DNA of 61,643 bases, filler included, from Hyphochytrium catenoides (taxonomy: Eukaryota; Protista; Hyphochytriomycota): the NCBI GenBank assembly GCA_900088475.1. It is 12 parts of 12 records of this genome, joined end to end, with 100 filler letters (N's around TTAATTAATTAA, not from the genome) between each part and the next. Parts side by side here need not be neighbours in the genome. Positions count along the whole stretch, not along the records: positions 18,447 to 23,786 come from FLMG01004257.1; positions 23,887 to 25,952 come from FLMG01001913.1; positions 26,053 to 27,444 come from FLMG01000758.1; positions 27,545 to 45,070 come from FLMG01000646.1; 8 more parts are not named here. One strand, written 5' to 3'. The notes beneath the pieces are model-generated. The model was given only the letters and a program-made list of their open reading frames with translations, searched no databases and was not told where the DNA came from. Each line of letters starts with the position of its first letter. Position 1 is the stretch's first letter. The translations under genes were made by a program, and so were the position numbers. Below, in pieces: positions 21,921-33,400 of this stretch.

Positions 21921-23886
21921 TGTTGAATATGGGATGATTGGACAATGTCATTAGGTGAGAGTGCTCTACTTATAAGCCCAACTGGGGTCCCATAATCTAG
22001 AGCTATTCTGACTATCCCTACTATTCCTAATAAACCTTAAGATATTCAGTCATAGAGAAATCCCTGTCTAGAACAGTCAGTCCTGAGTATTCCGGGGTAC
22101 TGACCATAAGCCATAGATATAAACAGGGACATTTCGTTTGCTTCATATCTCGGCTTCTAGGGGGCGTTTGGAGCTGAAACTTGTGTAGTGAAGCTTGCCA
22201 GCTTGTAGTCCACGTAGCTGTGCCCTCAGACTCCAACAAAGTCAATACCTTGCTTCTGTCGATTGCCAAGAGCGACTAGACGGGCCTTGTACTTGTCCAC
22301 TGAGCCATCGCTATGCAACTTGACCCTATAGATCCTATGAGAGCCGATAAGATGAGCGCCGGGAGGTGGGGGGGGCACTAGATCGTAAACCTCATGGGAC
22401 TGCATTGATGTAAGCTCTGAGGTAATGGCGGCTAGCCATTCTGTGGCATGAGGTCCCGAGAGTGCCTCGCGGACTGTTTTCGGTTCAGAGACATGCAGAT
22501 GATTAGCTTGGCCTACTGGAAAAGAGAGAGAGTCTTCTTGTAGCAATCTATCACGACCACGAGTGATAGGACCGAGTGGAGAAGTGAATGTGGTCGGTGA
22601 GGAGGGAGAAAAAGCTGCGGGATGATCTTCGTTTTCGTCAAGCTCGCTCGTCTCGGTCCCATCAGCAACGTTGCTCTCTGGCTCCGGCCCCAGACAGTCA
22701 TTGGTGGGTTCCTCTGGACTTGCTTCGTCAGCAGAAGGTCAACTTTCTTTTTCTGCTTGTCGCGCTGCACTCGCTTCACCACTTACTTGAGCTGCTTCAG
22801 CGGCAGTTGCTTCTTCGCTCCCTATGATGGGAAACAAAGAGACATAGTCATAATGTTGCTGCCTTTTTGCCTGCTTGAGTAGAAAGGCCCCAGAGCGAGA
22901 CTCGTCGATAACCACATCAAACCGCACAGAGATTTTCTAGGTCAGAGGATCATACAGTCGATAGCCATGGGTGCCAGAGTCATACCCTACAAAGATATAC
23001 CGAAAGCTCCGCGCATCAAGCTTTCGCAGCGTCGTCGACGGCTTTAAAGCATACGCAAGTGAACCAAAGACGCGTAGATGACCAACATCAGGCGGCTTGC
23101 CATACCACTTTTCGTAGGGGGTAGAGCCATCGAGTGAAGCAGTAGGACAGCAATTGATCACATGAACTGCGGGAGGCCAATGCATCTGCCCAAAAAGAAC
23201 GAGGCAGGTCAGTAGCAATCAGAAGGCATCTCGTCGCCTGCATGACAGTTCTCATCCAGCGTTCACAACAGCCGTTGCTAGAGGGGGAATGAGCAGGTGT
23301 CGGAGAGTGCAAGATGCCGCGGCGAGAGCACACTTTGTGTGCAGCACTGCCAACGAACTCTCCCCCGCGATCGTAGCATATCTCCTTCACGCACTCACCT
23401 GTCTGGTTCTCCATGAAAAGAATGAGCTCCTCCAACTTAGCTTCTGCTTCTCCTTTGCTCCGAAGAAATTGCACAAAGCACCTCCGAGAGTGATCATCCA
23501 CCACTAGCAGAAAATGTACATAGCCTTGATAGCTACGAGTATTGACAATGCCAACGTCGGCGTGCAGAAGTTCCAGCAGTTTTGTTGTCTTACGGGACTG
23601 AGCGTGGTAAGGCTTACGAGTTAGCTTCGCAAGAATGCAGGTCTCACAAAGACAGAGCTGCTGAGAAGCTCTCTCAAGGGCTATGCCGGAAGCCTGCAGG
23701 GCTAGTCTTCGAATATCTGTGTGGTTAAGATGATTAAGAGGTTTGTGCCACAGGGTGATAGGCTCTTGCTTGCTCGTAGCTGCGGCNNNNNNNNNNNNNN
23801 NNNNNNNNNNNNNNNNNNNNNNNNNNNNNNTTAATTAATTAANNNNNNNNNNNNNNNNNNNNNNNNNNNNNNNNNNNNNNNNNNNN

Positions 23887-24414
23887 CGGGGGCGGAGCCT
23901 CAGCCACCGCCGCGATACTTTGCGGTGGGCGCCTGTACGTGCACTCCGCCGCCATCTCTCTCTCTCTTTCTCTCTCTCTCTCTCGTTCGTTCTCTTTCTG
24001 TTATGCTTTTGCTATCCGTCTCTCTCTCTCCACTCCGAAGCAAGGCTGGCGTTGAGTAGGTGCTGCGCCTAGATCCCGAGGAGAGCTAGCTTCTCTCTTT
24101 GCTATTCAGTTACCGTTCTTCTTCTCTCTCTCTTCTCTCTCTCCTCTCTCTCTTGAAGATGATCCTCTTATTATCACGCTTTGTCGGTCAATCCTTTTCT
24201 CTCCCCTGTTCTTCTCTTTGCGTTGGCGGTGGAGCTTACGATCTGTCCCGTGCTAGTGCGCTTCCTCTTCTCTCTCATTGTCGTTCCTCTCTTTCTTTCT
24301 ATCTCTCCCTCTCTTTCTTTCTATCTCTCCCTCTCTTTTTTTCTCTTCCTCACTCTCTTTCCTCTTCCTCCCCTTCTCTCTCTTCGTCCTCTCTCTCTCT
24401 TTCTTCCCCTTCCT

Positions 24415-24469
<55 letters not shown>

Positions 24470-26866
24470 TTTATCTCTTGACTGATGTGGTTGATGAAGA
24501 GATGTCAACAATCTCCTATGGATACTTTCCATTTTTTGCTTACACGCAATATTTCATGCTCCATCGTCTAGTCAGTTCTTTTATTTTACATCTAAAAGTT
24601 CGTTCCCTGTGAAAGATTCACATCAGATCCTTACTTCCTTTTTCCCTTCTGTCCTCCTTTCGTGCTGCTCCCTTCTTCTTCCCTCTCTCTCTCTCTTCTC
24701 TCTCTCTCGTACTCTCTCTCTCTCTCTTATTACTCTCTCTCTCTCTTTCTCTCCCTCTCTCTCTCTCTCTCCCTCTCACACACAGCAATCACTCCTTCTC
24801 TCTTCCTGCCCCTCCTGCTGGTGTGGCCTTCATCAGTTCCTCTTCTTCGAGCAAAGTCACACCAGCCAACATGATCTAGTTCTCTCTTCTCTCTCTCTTT
24901 TTCTTCTCTCCCCTTCAATTCTTCTCTCTCCTCCTCTCTCACGGCGATCACTATTGCTCTCTTCCTTCTTCTGCTGCTGCTGGTGTGGCCTTCAGTTTCT
25001 CTTCTTTGAAGCGGAGCAGCCGACATGACTTACCTTCTCTCCCTCTCTCTCTCTCTCCTTTGGTGCAAACCAGGAATGGGGAGAGCGTGAAGGAAGGCGC
25101 CAGCATGATTCTACTACTACTATCTATAAAAAGGAAGAAGAAGAAGAACCAGCCTTGGTCTTCTCTTCTTCGTCGTCATCGAGTCTCTCCTCCTCCGCTC
25201 CACTCTCGCAGTCATAAGAAGGGGAAGATATCATCATAGTTTGGCTTTCTCCGTGAGAAGAAGAAGAGGAGAGGGAGGAGGAGGAGGTTTAGAGGAAGCG
25301 CCGCCATTGTCATCATCATTCTCCTTCGACCAGGCAAGCAAGCAAGAGAAGAAGAGTCCAGCTGCGGACGAGGAATGCGCCTCATCGATCAGGATCTGAA
25401 GTGGATCGTCTAAAGATTCCGGCGACCCGCCGCGGGCTCGCCCATCGTAAGGGGCAATGTGCTGACTGTACCTGATAGACCAAGTGGTGCTTGAGTTCTA
25501 CTAGAAGAGTAGATAAGGAAAGGATGAGACCAAAGAATCAACATGGTTTGGAACTCAATCAGACCAGAATGCATGTCCCAATGCTGAGTCCGGCCGGCGG
25601 TCATGAAGGCTTGTACTCTCAATATTTTATGAGTCCTACGTGTTAGGCTTGTGATCGAGCGGGCGTCTCTCCTCCGGGCCATGCTTTGCCTGTCATACAT
25701 CCATAATCTCTGCACCAAAGTTGTGAGTCGCGTGTTATCGTTGAGACGTTTATTGGCGTGACAGAATGATGATGGGGACACTCGTTGACTCTCATCATAA
25801 GCACGGTTTGGACCGGATAATTGTCAGAAAGGAAGAGGAAGACTCGTATAGCACTGAAGCGGCTCAGACAATGTGTGACAGAGTGACAAACAGTGTTGGA
25901 CCAGACGCACAGACAGGCAGTCGGCTCGTGATGAGGCTCAAACGTATGGCCGNNNNNNNNNNNNNNNNNNNNNNNNNNNNNNNNNNNNNNNNNNNNTTAA
26001 TTAATTAANNNNNNNNNNNNNNNNNNNNNNNNNNNNNNNNNNNNNNNNNNNNGAGAGAGAGAGAGAGAGAAGAGAGAGAGAAGAAAGAGAGAGCCATAGG
26101 AAAGTGAATGCAAACGAGGGAGGAATAGGACATATGGCGAAGAGAGCATCGGCTGGAGTTTGGCTTTACTCTCTTTCCAGCTCTGTTGTCCCCTCTTTCA
26201 CGCTCCTCATTTCCCACATCTCTGTATCTCATCTATCCGCACATCTCCCTCACTCTCTCTCCCTCTCTATCTTCTCTCTCTCTCTCTCTCTATCTTCTCT
26301 CTCTCTCTCTCTCTCTCTCTTGGTTGGACGTATCTCTCTCCTTCCAGTCCTTCTGTGCCTCGGCGCGGGCACTGCAGGCACTTCAAGCGCAAAGAAAGAT
26401 CTGCGCCGCTTATCGGAAATATAGAGAAAGATGCAAAAGGAGAGAGAGGAGAGAAGAAAGAAGAGCTCATGCTTTGGAAGAAGAGAGAGAGAAAGAGAAG
26501 AGAGTGAAGGAGAGAGAGATGATGGCAAGAAAAATCCAGAAATTGGTGAGAAGACATCAAGAAAGAGAAAGAAGACGACAGAAAGGGAGAAGAGAGAGAA
26601 AGGCTATCGTTCTCCAGCGATGGTAAGCAGAGACACCGTTAAACTCGATCCACCCTCTTCCGCTCTCATGCTCGCTCTCTCTCTCTCTCTCGTTCCTCGC
26701 CGTTTCTCGTCCTCTTTCCTTCCCAGCATTGACTTACCCGGTCTTTCTCGTTTCTATCCTTGCGCGAAGTCACTTCTTTCTCTNNNNNNNNNNNNNNNNN
26801 NNNNNNNNNNNNNNNNNNNNNNNNNNNNNNNNNNNNNNNNNNNNCTCTTTCTCTCGCTCTCTCTCG

Positions 26867-26912
<46 letters not shown>

Positions 26913-27444
26913 CTCTCTCTCTCTCCTATTGATCTATCCTTCTTCCTCTGTCTTTTCCTTCTCATTTTATCATTCTCTTTTTAACTCCGCCCCTTTCTCT
27001 TCTTTTTTTCTCACTCTCTCTTTCACCATGCCTTCACCCATGTTTCCCTCTCTTTTATCTTCATCTAGTACTTACCGCTCTCCACTCTTTTCTGCGTGTG
27101 GCCATGCTCTCTGTCTTTCTCTTTCTCTCTCTTTTTCTCTTCTTTCTCCTGCCACTACTCATCACTTTATACCGACTATTCTCTAGCTCACTCATTCTCT
27201 CTCATCTCTCTCTGACACTATCGACTTTGTTTCCTTTCTCTTTATCTCTCTCTCCCCTCTGTCTGATGACGCCCTCTGTTTTGTTTGTTTTGACACACTT
27301 ATTTCTCTATCTTGCTTCCCTTCTCTTTCCCTCTCTGTCCTCTCTCTTTCCTGCTTCTCTTTTTCTGACACTCTGCTGTTTTCTCTCAATGTCTTGCCCT
27401 GGCCTTCTCCTCTTTCTCTCTCTTCCCTCTCTCTCTCTCTCTCT
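23887..27444. repeat. Degenerate (CT/GA)n low-complexity DNA, also dominant in 45171-47570, 49000-54188 and 55780-61643
   Basis: Long imperfect CT/GA dinucleotide tracts. Internal N gaps fall inside them. Confidence 0.9.
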
Positions 27445-30400
27445 NNNNNNNNNNNNNNNNNNNNNNNNNNNNNNNNNNNNNNNNNNNNTTAATTAATTAA
27501 NNNNNNNNNNNNNNNNNNNNNNNNNNNNNNNNNNNNNNNNNNNNTATATATTATATATAGATCATATAATAATGGTATATAATAATGATGGTGGTATGGC
27601 ATCTGCTATCATCTGGGCCCTTCTAACCCTTGGGCTGAGCGGCCCGCCAGGAGGACAGTACTCCCTAACAGTGAAGCTAAGATAGCTTGGTGTCAATTGG
27701 ACGTTGGGGTTAGGCGCCTGAAGCAGGTTGCTGCGATGAGCATGATAAGGTGAATAGCTCTGGTTCGCTCAATATCCTCTTTTCCTCCTCACTTTTGATA
27801 CTACAAATAGAACTAGGAAGGGGTTCTTTCGTTACCGTCGTTCTGGCAAGGTCACGATGCGCGAATTGGGCTCCTAACTAATCAATCGGTTAAGCTGCCG
27901 GTGATGCAAGTCGCAATATGATCAGATAGGGTCACTCGTCCGCTCACGGATTGCGCAAAAGTTTTCTTACTGCCCTCTTATCACTGAATAATGAATGGTG
28001 GACCGTAACGCAGTTGATCGCAACGGCTAGCTGCATTCTTCCTTGTTGCGTCTTCGATGACAAAATGCTCCCAACAACCCCAGTTGCGCCTGAATACTAT
28101 TGAGATGAACACATCATTTCGTCTCTTCCTCCGAGGACCCTTCCCATGGTCCTCTTCAGTCCAGTCAGAGACTAGTTCACAGATGAACTACTATTGTGAC
28201 GTTGCCCCTACTAAGAAACTTGCCTTCGCACTACCAAGGACCCCAGAGCTCCTGCATGATCTTACTAAGATAGCATGCCCCCCCCCCGGCCTTCCTTTGC
28301 CATGTGCTTCAGCAGCAGGCAACCTTTTGCTTTACAGCCAGAGTTACAGAGCTGGAAATGGCGTAGGACAGCGACAAGTATTACACCACTCTTCTACATA
28401 CAGATCCTAGACTGCCCTGTAGAGTTCTCCCTGGGAGAAAATTAGTCCTAGTTCCTGCATCTAATGTTGTCTCACCACAGCGAGCGTTGTGTCTATACGA
28501 AAAATCCTTCCGCGCCACTTCACTTCTCCTACTGTCTGGAGCTGCCGTATGAGCTGCTGACTCCAAGAGCAGCGGACACGCATCTCTAAACAGATATACG
28601 CTTCTAGGACAACATAGTCCCATACACGAAGAAGGTGGAAGACCTCCACATTATAATATTCTGGCTCACAAAAGCCATGGGGCCGATTATTATACGTTTA
28701 GGTCACCGCAGTGGCGTATTATTAGACTCTACCGAGTGGCCATTCCCTCATTCTCTGGGAGAACAAGAACTCAAACCTGCTCATCTAACATCTAGTAGGA
28801 AGTAGTGCTACTTATCCTCTAATAGTCCGCAGGAGACAGCTGAAGAGTAGATGGCAGGGTATCTAATCACCGTTCAGGAGCTAGGACGGATCATCGTCCT
28901 TCTAGCCATTATGAGTTATACACACCAGTCGTAGTGCCGGTATTGGACAAGACAGATCATAGGCTTCCTCTGGAGCTTCGGAGAACGCCGTATTCACATG
29001 AAGATCTAATAAGTACGGACACTGAGACTAATCGCATAAAGGCTGCGCTGAGCAAATAGGCTAACACAGCAGATGGGTAAGAAGTTGACTGAAATGGCGA
29101 TGCTAGCCTTCCTAGGAGGGCGAGTGGCAAAAGAAGGATTGTACTCTCCCTTTATAGATCTACCAAGAGTTTGTAGACCTGGTGAGCAATCGTCCGTCCA
29201 CTAGTCACTTCTGCTTCCTGCATTATCAGGGCTAACCAAGATATCTAACCGCGATGGTACAGCTGCACCGACTCGAGAAAGAGGAGCTCCATATAGAATC
29301 CAAGAACTGATGCTGTTGAAAGGCGCAGATGAGCCTCTGGGCCGTGGTTCATTACTATAGAAAAAGCTACTAATGAAGCTTTACCTTGATTTGTACCTTC
29401 ACTACGAAGGATGATGGGAACCGTATGGCCTGTTGTAAGTAGTAATCGCCACAGCCTTCTGTAGCTAGAACCAATCATCGCGCATATCTTTCTCCCTGGC
29501 CAATAGGGAAGAGGGTTGGTCTCTCCCATGAGCTGTCATTGGTTGAGAAGGGCGGAGGGTATGACCATTGCGCCTTCAGTATCTTCTTAGTTAGGCGACT
29601 GCACCCAGACAAAGCTATAAAAAATGTTAGACAAAGTAGAACAAGGACCAGTCCACAACCTACGGAATATTTCAGAAAAGGATAGTTTCAAGGTATCTCC
29701 AGCCTGTAGTATGGGATATGATAGCTTCCGAAAGAAACTCTGTTTGTTTGCTTTCACCCCCTTTTGAAGTCCAGCTTGGGATCCAAAAGACAAATTTTTG
29801 ATGACTTGCCAGAGACGATGATGGATCAGTCAGAAGCGGTGGGTGGTGGCAGGTACAGTGACTCCTTCATCACAGTATTAATATGGGATTCTGATGGGGT
29901 GGATGGGACATAGACTGCGACAAGAACCGACAGGAGGGTAACCGTGACTTTCCCACTGCTCTCTCTCATGACCTTTCTATCGGAAGAGACAGAGGGAGAG
30001 AGAGAGAGTCAAAACGGGTACATCTGACAAGAGGTGCGCGAGAAAGAGCCGTACGAGTAACCAAGTCAAACGAAGACAAAGGTCAAAGAGTCCAAAGTCC
30101 GAGCGCCTTCTATAGACGAGAGACTCCCCCTGTCTTCTAGTGCGGCCCTTCCGACCCAATCTCCACCTTTCATGACTGTGGAGACCTGGCAGGCTATAAG
30201 CAAAGGTTCCAAGTTAGATACTGGAAGAAGGAAGAGAGAAAGAGAAGACAGTGTAGCCTCCTATAGTCCCTAGCGCTGAAGAAAGTCAGCCAACTCTGGA
30301 AGGGGGAGAGAGAGAGAGAAAGAGAGAGAGAGAGCGAGAAGAGAGAGAGAAAGAAGAGAAAAAGATACCAATAGCGACCCTGCAAATAGCTGTGCGCTTG

Positions 30401-30494
30401 ACTGCCAGGCTGCATTGTGCGGCAGAGATTGAGGGGAGCTTCTTGATTGAGGCTTTCAGTCTCTTTTTGCTTAACAGATCGTCGCGAGAGAATC

Positions 30495-33400
30495 ATGGAC
30501 GAAGCGCAACCTGTTGCAGGAAGCAAACTAACCGAAGTGAAAGGTGTAGAGGATGACGCTATATGTCAAACGACAGAACCGGGCCTGGCCGTTGAGGAAG
30601 AAGGGCTGGTCTCTGTTCATTTGTCATTAAGACCTAACGAAAAAGCTGAGCATCAGCCAGAGCCTGAGGACACTGTGACTGAATCAACTGAGATTGAAGC
30701 TGTCATGGAGAATAGTGGACAGGATAACAATAATACCAACTCAAGCCGCGAAGCTCACGGATCTGACATAGAGAAGGAGATATGTGCTCAAGGTGAGTCG
30801 AGCAATACACTCGTTTTCGTCGTCCTTTTACTCACTCAATACCGCCGTAGAAGCGATAATCAGATCTAGGACAGAAGAGGGCTGCGGAGGTTCCGCGAAA
30901 ACAGAACCTAGCCCAGCGGATGACCCAGAGATCAGTGCTGATGCTTCCCTCCATACCTCAGAAGACGGGTCCATTTTGAAAACTGTTCTGGAGCAAATTT
31001 CATTGAAGGAACAAGAAGTTACCTTGCAGGCTCTAAAGACACCAAAGAGAGACCTGCAACCATCGAAGAAGGCTGAAAGTGAGCCAGGTAAGCCAATCCA
31101 TATCTTAGCTTTGATGGCTTTTTCTGAACCTTCCGGTAGCTTCAGGGGACAATCAGCAACGCCAACCTGCGGCTTTTGAGGCGTACCGTACCATATCTCA
31201 GGAAGCAGAAGTAGAAGTAAAAGAGTGTATAAACGAAGCGGTGACTGGAAAGGAGGAGTCATCCATGACCCTTATGGGTAAGGGATCGGCGGAGCCTACA
31301 GCACCTTCCCACTGTGGCGGACAGCATATGGTTGGAGCTTTGGGAGCTAGTGAAGCCGCTGAGCACACCGCTGCTTCTAAAGTTGCGGTTGTCTCTGAAG
31401 TAGCGTCAGAGGAACAAGCTTCTGAGGCCTCATGTGGATTTTCTGTACCCTCTCCCGAACGTGTTGACACCTCTCTAGCAGAGAGCACAGAATTCCCAAA
31501 TGAAACTGCTGGCAACCACATATCTGACTCTTCTTTGGAGATTGCTCAATTGGCATTAGAGAATGAAGCAGAAGCAGCTTCCTCCTTAAGCGACAGTAAA
31601 GTTAGCACTTGTGCGATCGCAGCAAGTGAAGAAGCAGCTCCAGACGCCGAAGCTCTTGGGCCGACTCAAGAAGAGAGTTCTTTATACAACAAGGAAGCAG
31701 AGGGAGAGGGGACGGCTATCTCCATAGAGACGGCTTCACTTTCACCGGATGGTTTTATCGTAGAAGGAAACGCTTCATTTCCTTCCACGTCGACTCCTGC
31801 TTCTGTCGACGAGGATGTGGATTCTCTCAAATCGACCCCGGCTCCGATAGATGGTACTGGGGAGCCTGAGGCTGCTTTGGGAGAATCCCGTGTTTCCGAT
31901 AACAAAGATTGGACTCCAGAGGATGAGGAAAGTCCGGTTCTCGTTGACGATCAGTGTAACTTGACAGAGAACACCGCTATTCTCACTGACGAGACTCCTC
32001 CTGCCCCAGGGACAGAACTTGACGGTGCCGTAAAAGAGGACGCTCTAGCTTGTGGAGAGAAAGCATTTGTTCCGTTGGAGGAAGCCTCTGTTGCCCTAAA
32101 GGAGGACCCTGCTGTATCTGATAAAGAGGAGAGTTTCATTGCCGTAGAGGAAGCTGCAAATTCTCTTGAAGGCTCACCTGTTATCACCACCCAGGTTCAT
32201 TCTTCCAGGGAAGAGATTTTACTGGGTGGACAGGAGGCACCGACGCCAGGGCAAGATGTTCCTTATACGGAAGAGTTCCCTGCTTACACAATCAAGACCT
32301 CTGACGTCCCGCCGGAGGCTCCACTTGATACACTTGCTACGGAGGAGAAGGCACCTGGGGTCTCAGACGAAGCTGGTGTGTCTAAAGAGTATAGTTCCAC
32401 CGAAAATGCTACGATTGCCGTCGAGGAGGCTAATGCTTCCACACATGTCACAGAGAATGCTACTGCTGCCACGCTCGAGGCTTCTATTGCCTTAGAGGAG
32501 GAGGCTCTTCCTGGGGATCATGAATCGGCTAACACGGAGGATTTACGTGGTCCCCTCCAGGATGGTACTGCTTGTGCTGAGGAGGCTTCAGTTCCTGTCT
32601 TAACCAACGAGGCGTCGGATTCCCTTGAGGAGACCGCCGTCCTGGGAGAGAATGTTCTACCTTCTGGCGAGGATGAAATACCCGGGCATGGGGACCAAGT
32701 TAATGTTCCTCCAACGGAAGATCCTGCCCATGAGAAGGTGTCTTTGACTTCAACCAACGAAGAAGTGTCCGGGACGCCAGAGGGGAACCCCATTCCCTTA
32801 GACGATGCTCCTGCGAGTGGCGAGAAGGTTGACGTTTCCGTTGATAGAGCTCTCGTTTCGCAAGAGGAGATCTCTGCTTCTACTCAAAACGCTCCTCTCT
32901 CTGAGCTTGATAATTGCGCTTCTCCCGACGAGGGTGCCAGTTCCAAGGAGGGAGCTCTGGCTTCTGTAGAGAGCAATACCTCTTTCCCGACGGAAGCTTC
33001 ATCACCAAACGAAGGAGCTTGCTATGTAGCTGAAGCTGCTAGTGCCTCCGCCACCGACGCACCTAAACCCCTTGTAGATGATCCACGTTTCGACGAGGAT
33101 GATACTTCCTCCTCTGTGAAGGAAGCTGGCTCCATGGAGGCGGCGTCGGATGGCCAGGTGGAAATTCCAGCTGTCGTGGAAGATGCTTCTCCGCCCCAAA
33201 ATGAGGCTTCCAATTACCTCAAGGAGGCACTTGTTCTCGAAGACGATAAAGCTGCTGTCCAGAAGGATGAGTCTGTTAGTCTTCTCGAGGACGCTGCGGA
33301 ATGTGAGCAGAGCGCAATCTCATCGGCTCCGGTGATGGAGGCTCCTACTCCCGTAGAGGAAGCTTCACAGAAAGCCCTACACGAGGTCACAATTGTTGAG

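Larger units (their letters stand above)
19771..22238 (-). mobile_element. Nested non-autonomous gag-only Copia element (2468 bp) with 5-bp TSD AAGTC and a rearranged 3' end
   Basis: aagtc lies at 19766-19770 and 22239-22243. The element has a 5' LTR (21921-22238), PBS, gag and PPT GCGGGGAGG, but no pol. Confidence 0.9.
18447..23786 (-). mobile_element. Decayed Ty1/Copia retrotransposon pol (integrase-RT-RNase H), host of two nested insertions
   Basis: Integrase motifs VDDHSR, DRGGEF, NGCCER. RT motifs KARLVALG..Q..GIDF, IKTAFLNG, KSIYGLRQS, FVDD, YRQAVGSLL. RNase H motif DADWA..DRKSITG..WKSKKQ. Frameshifts are present. Removing both insertions restores QGIDF|SEVFA and FVDDMLLF|APTTEQ. Confidence 0.95.

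Noticed and set aside
25380-25952. Possible LTR plus leader of another retroelement
   Set aside because: No convincing terminus, PBS or ORF, and the region is cut by the contig end.
24099-27496. Many SL/ER-rich ORFs, also in 45171-61643
   Set aside because: They are translations of (CT/GA)n microsatellites.
27545-30000. Short ORFs suggesting decayed genes or transposons (also 10500-13100, 38083-39800 and 54289-55200)
   Set aside because: No motif could be recognised by eye, so a translated homology search is needed.
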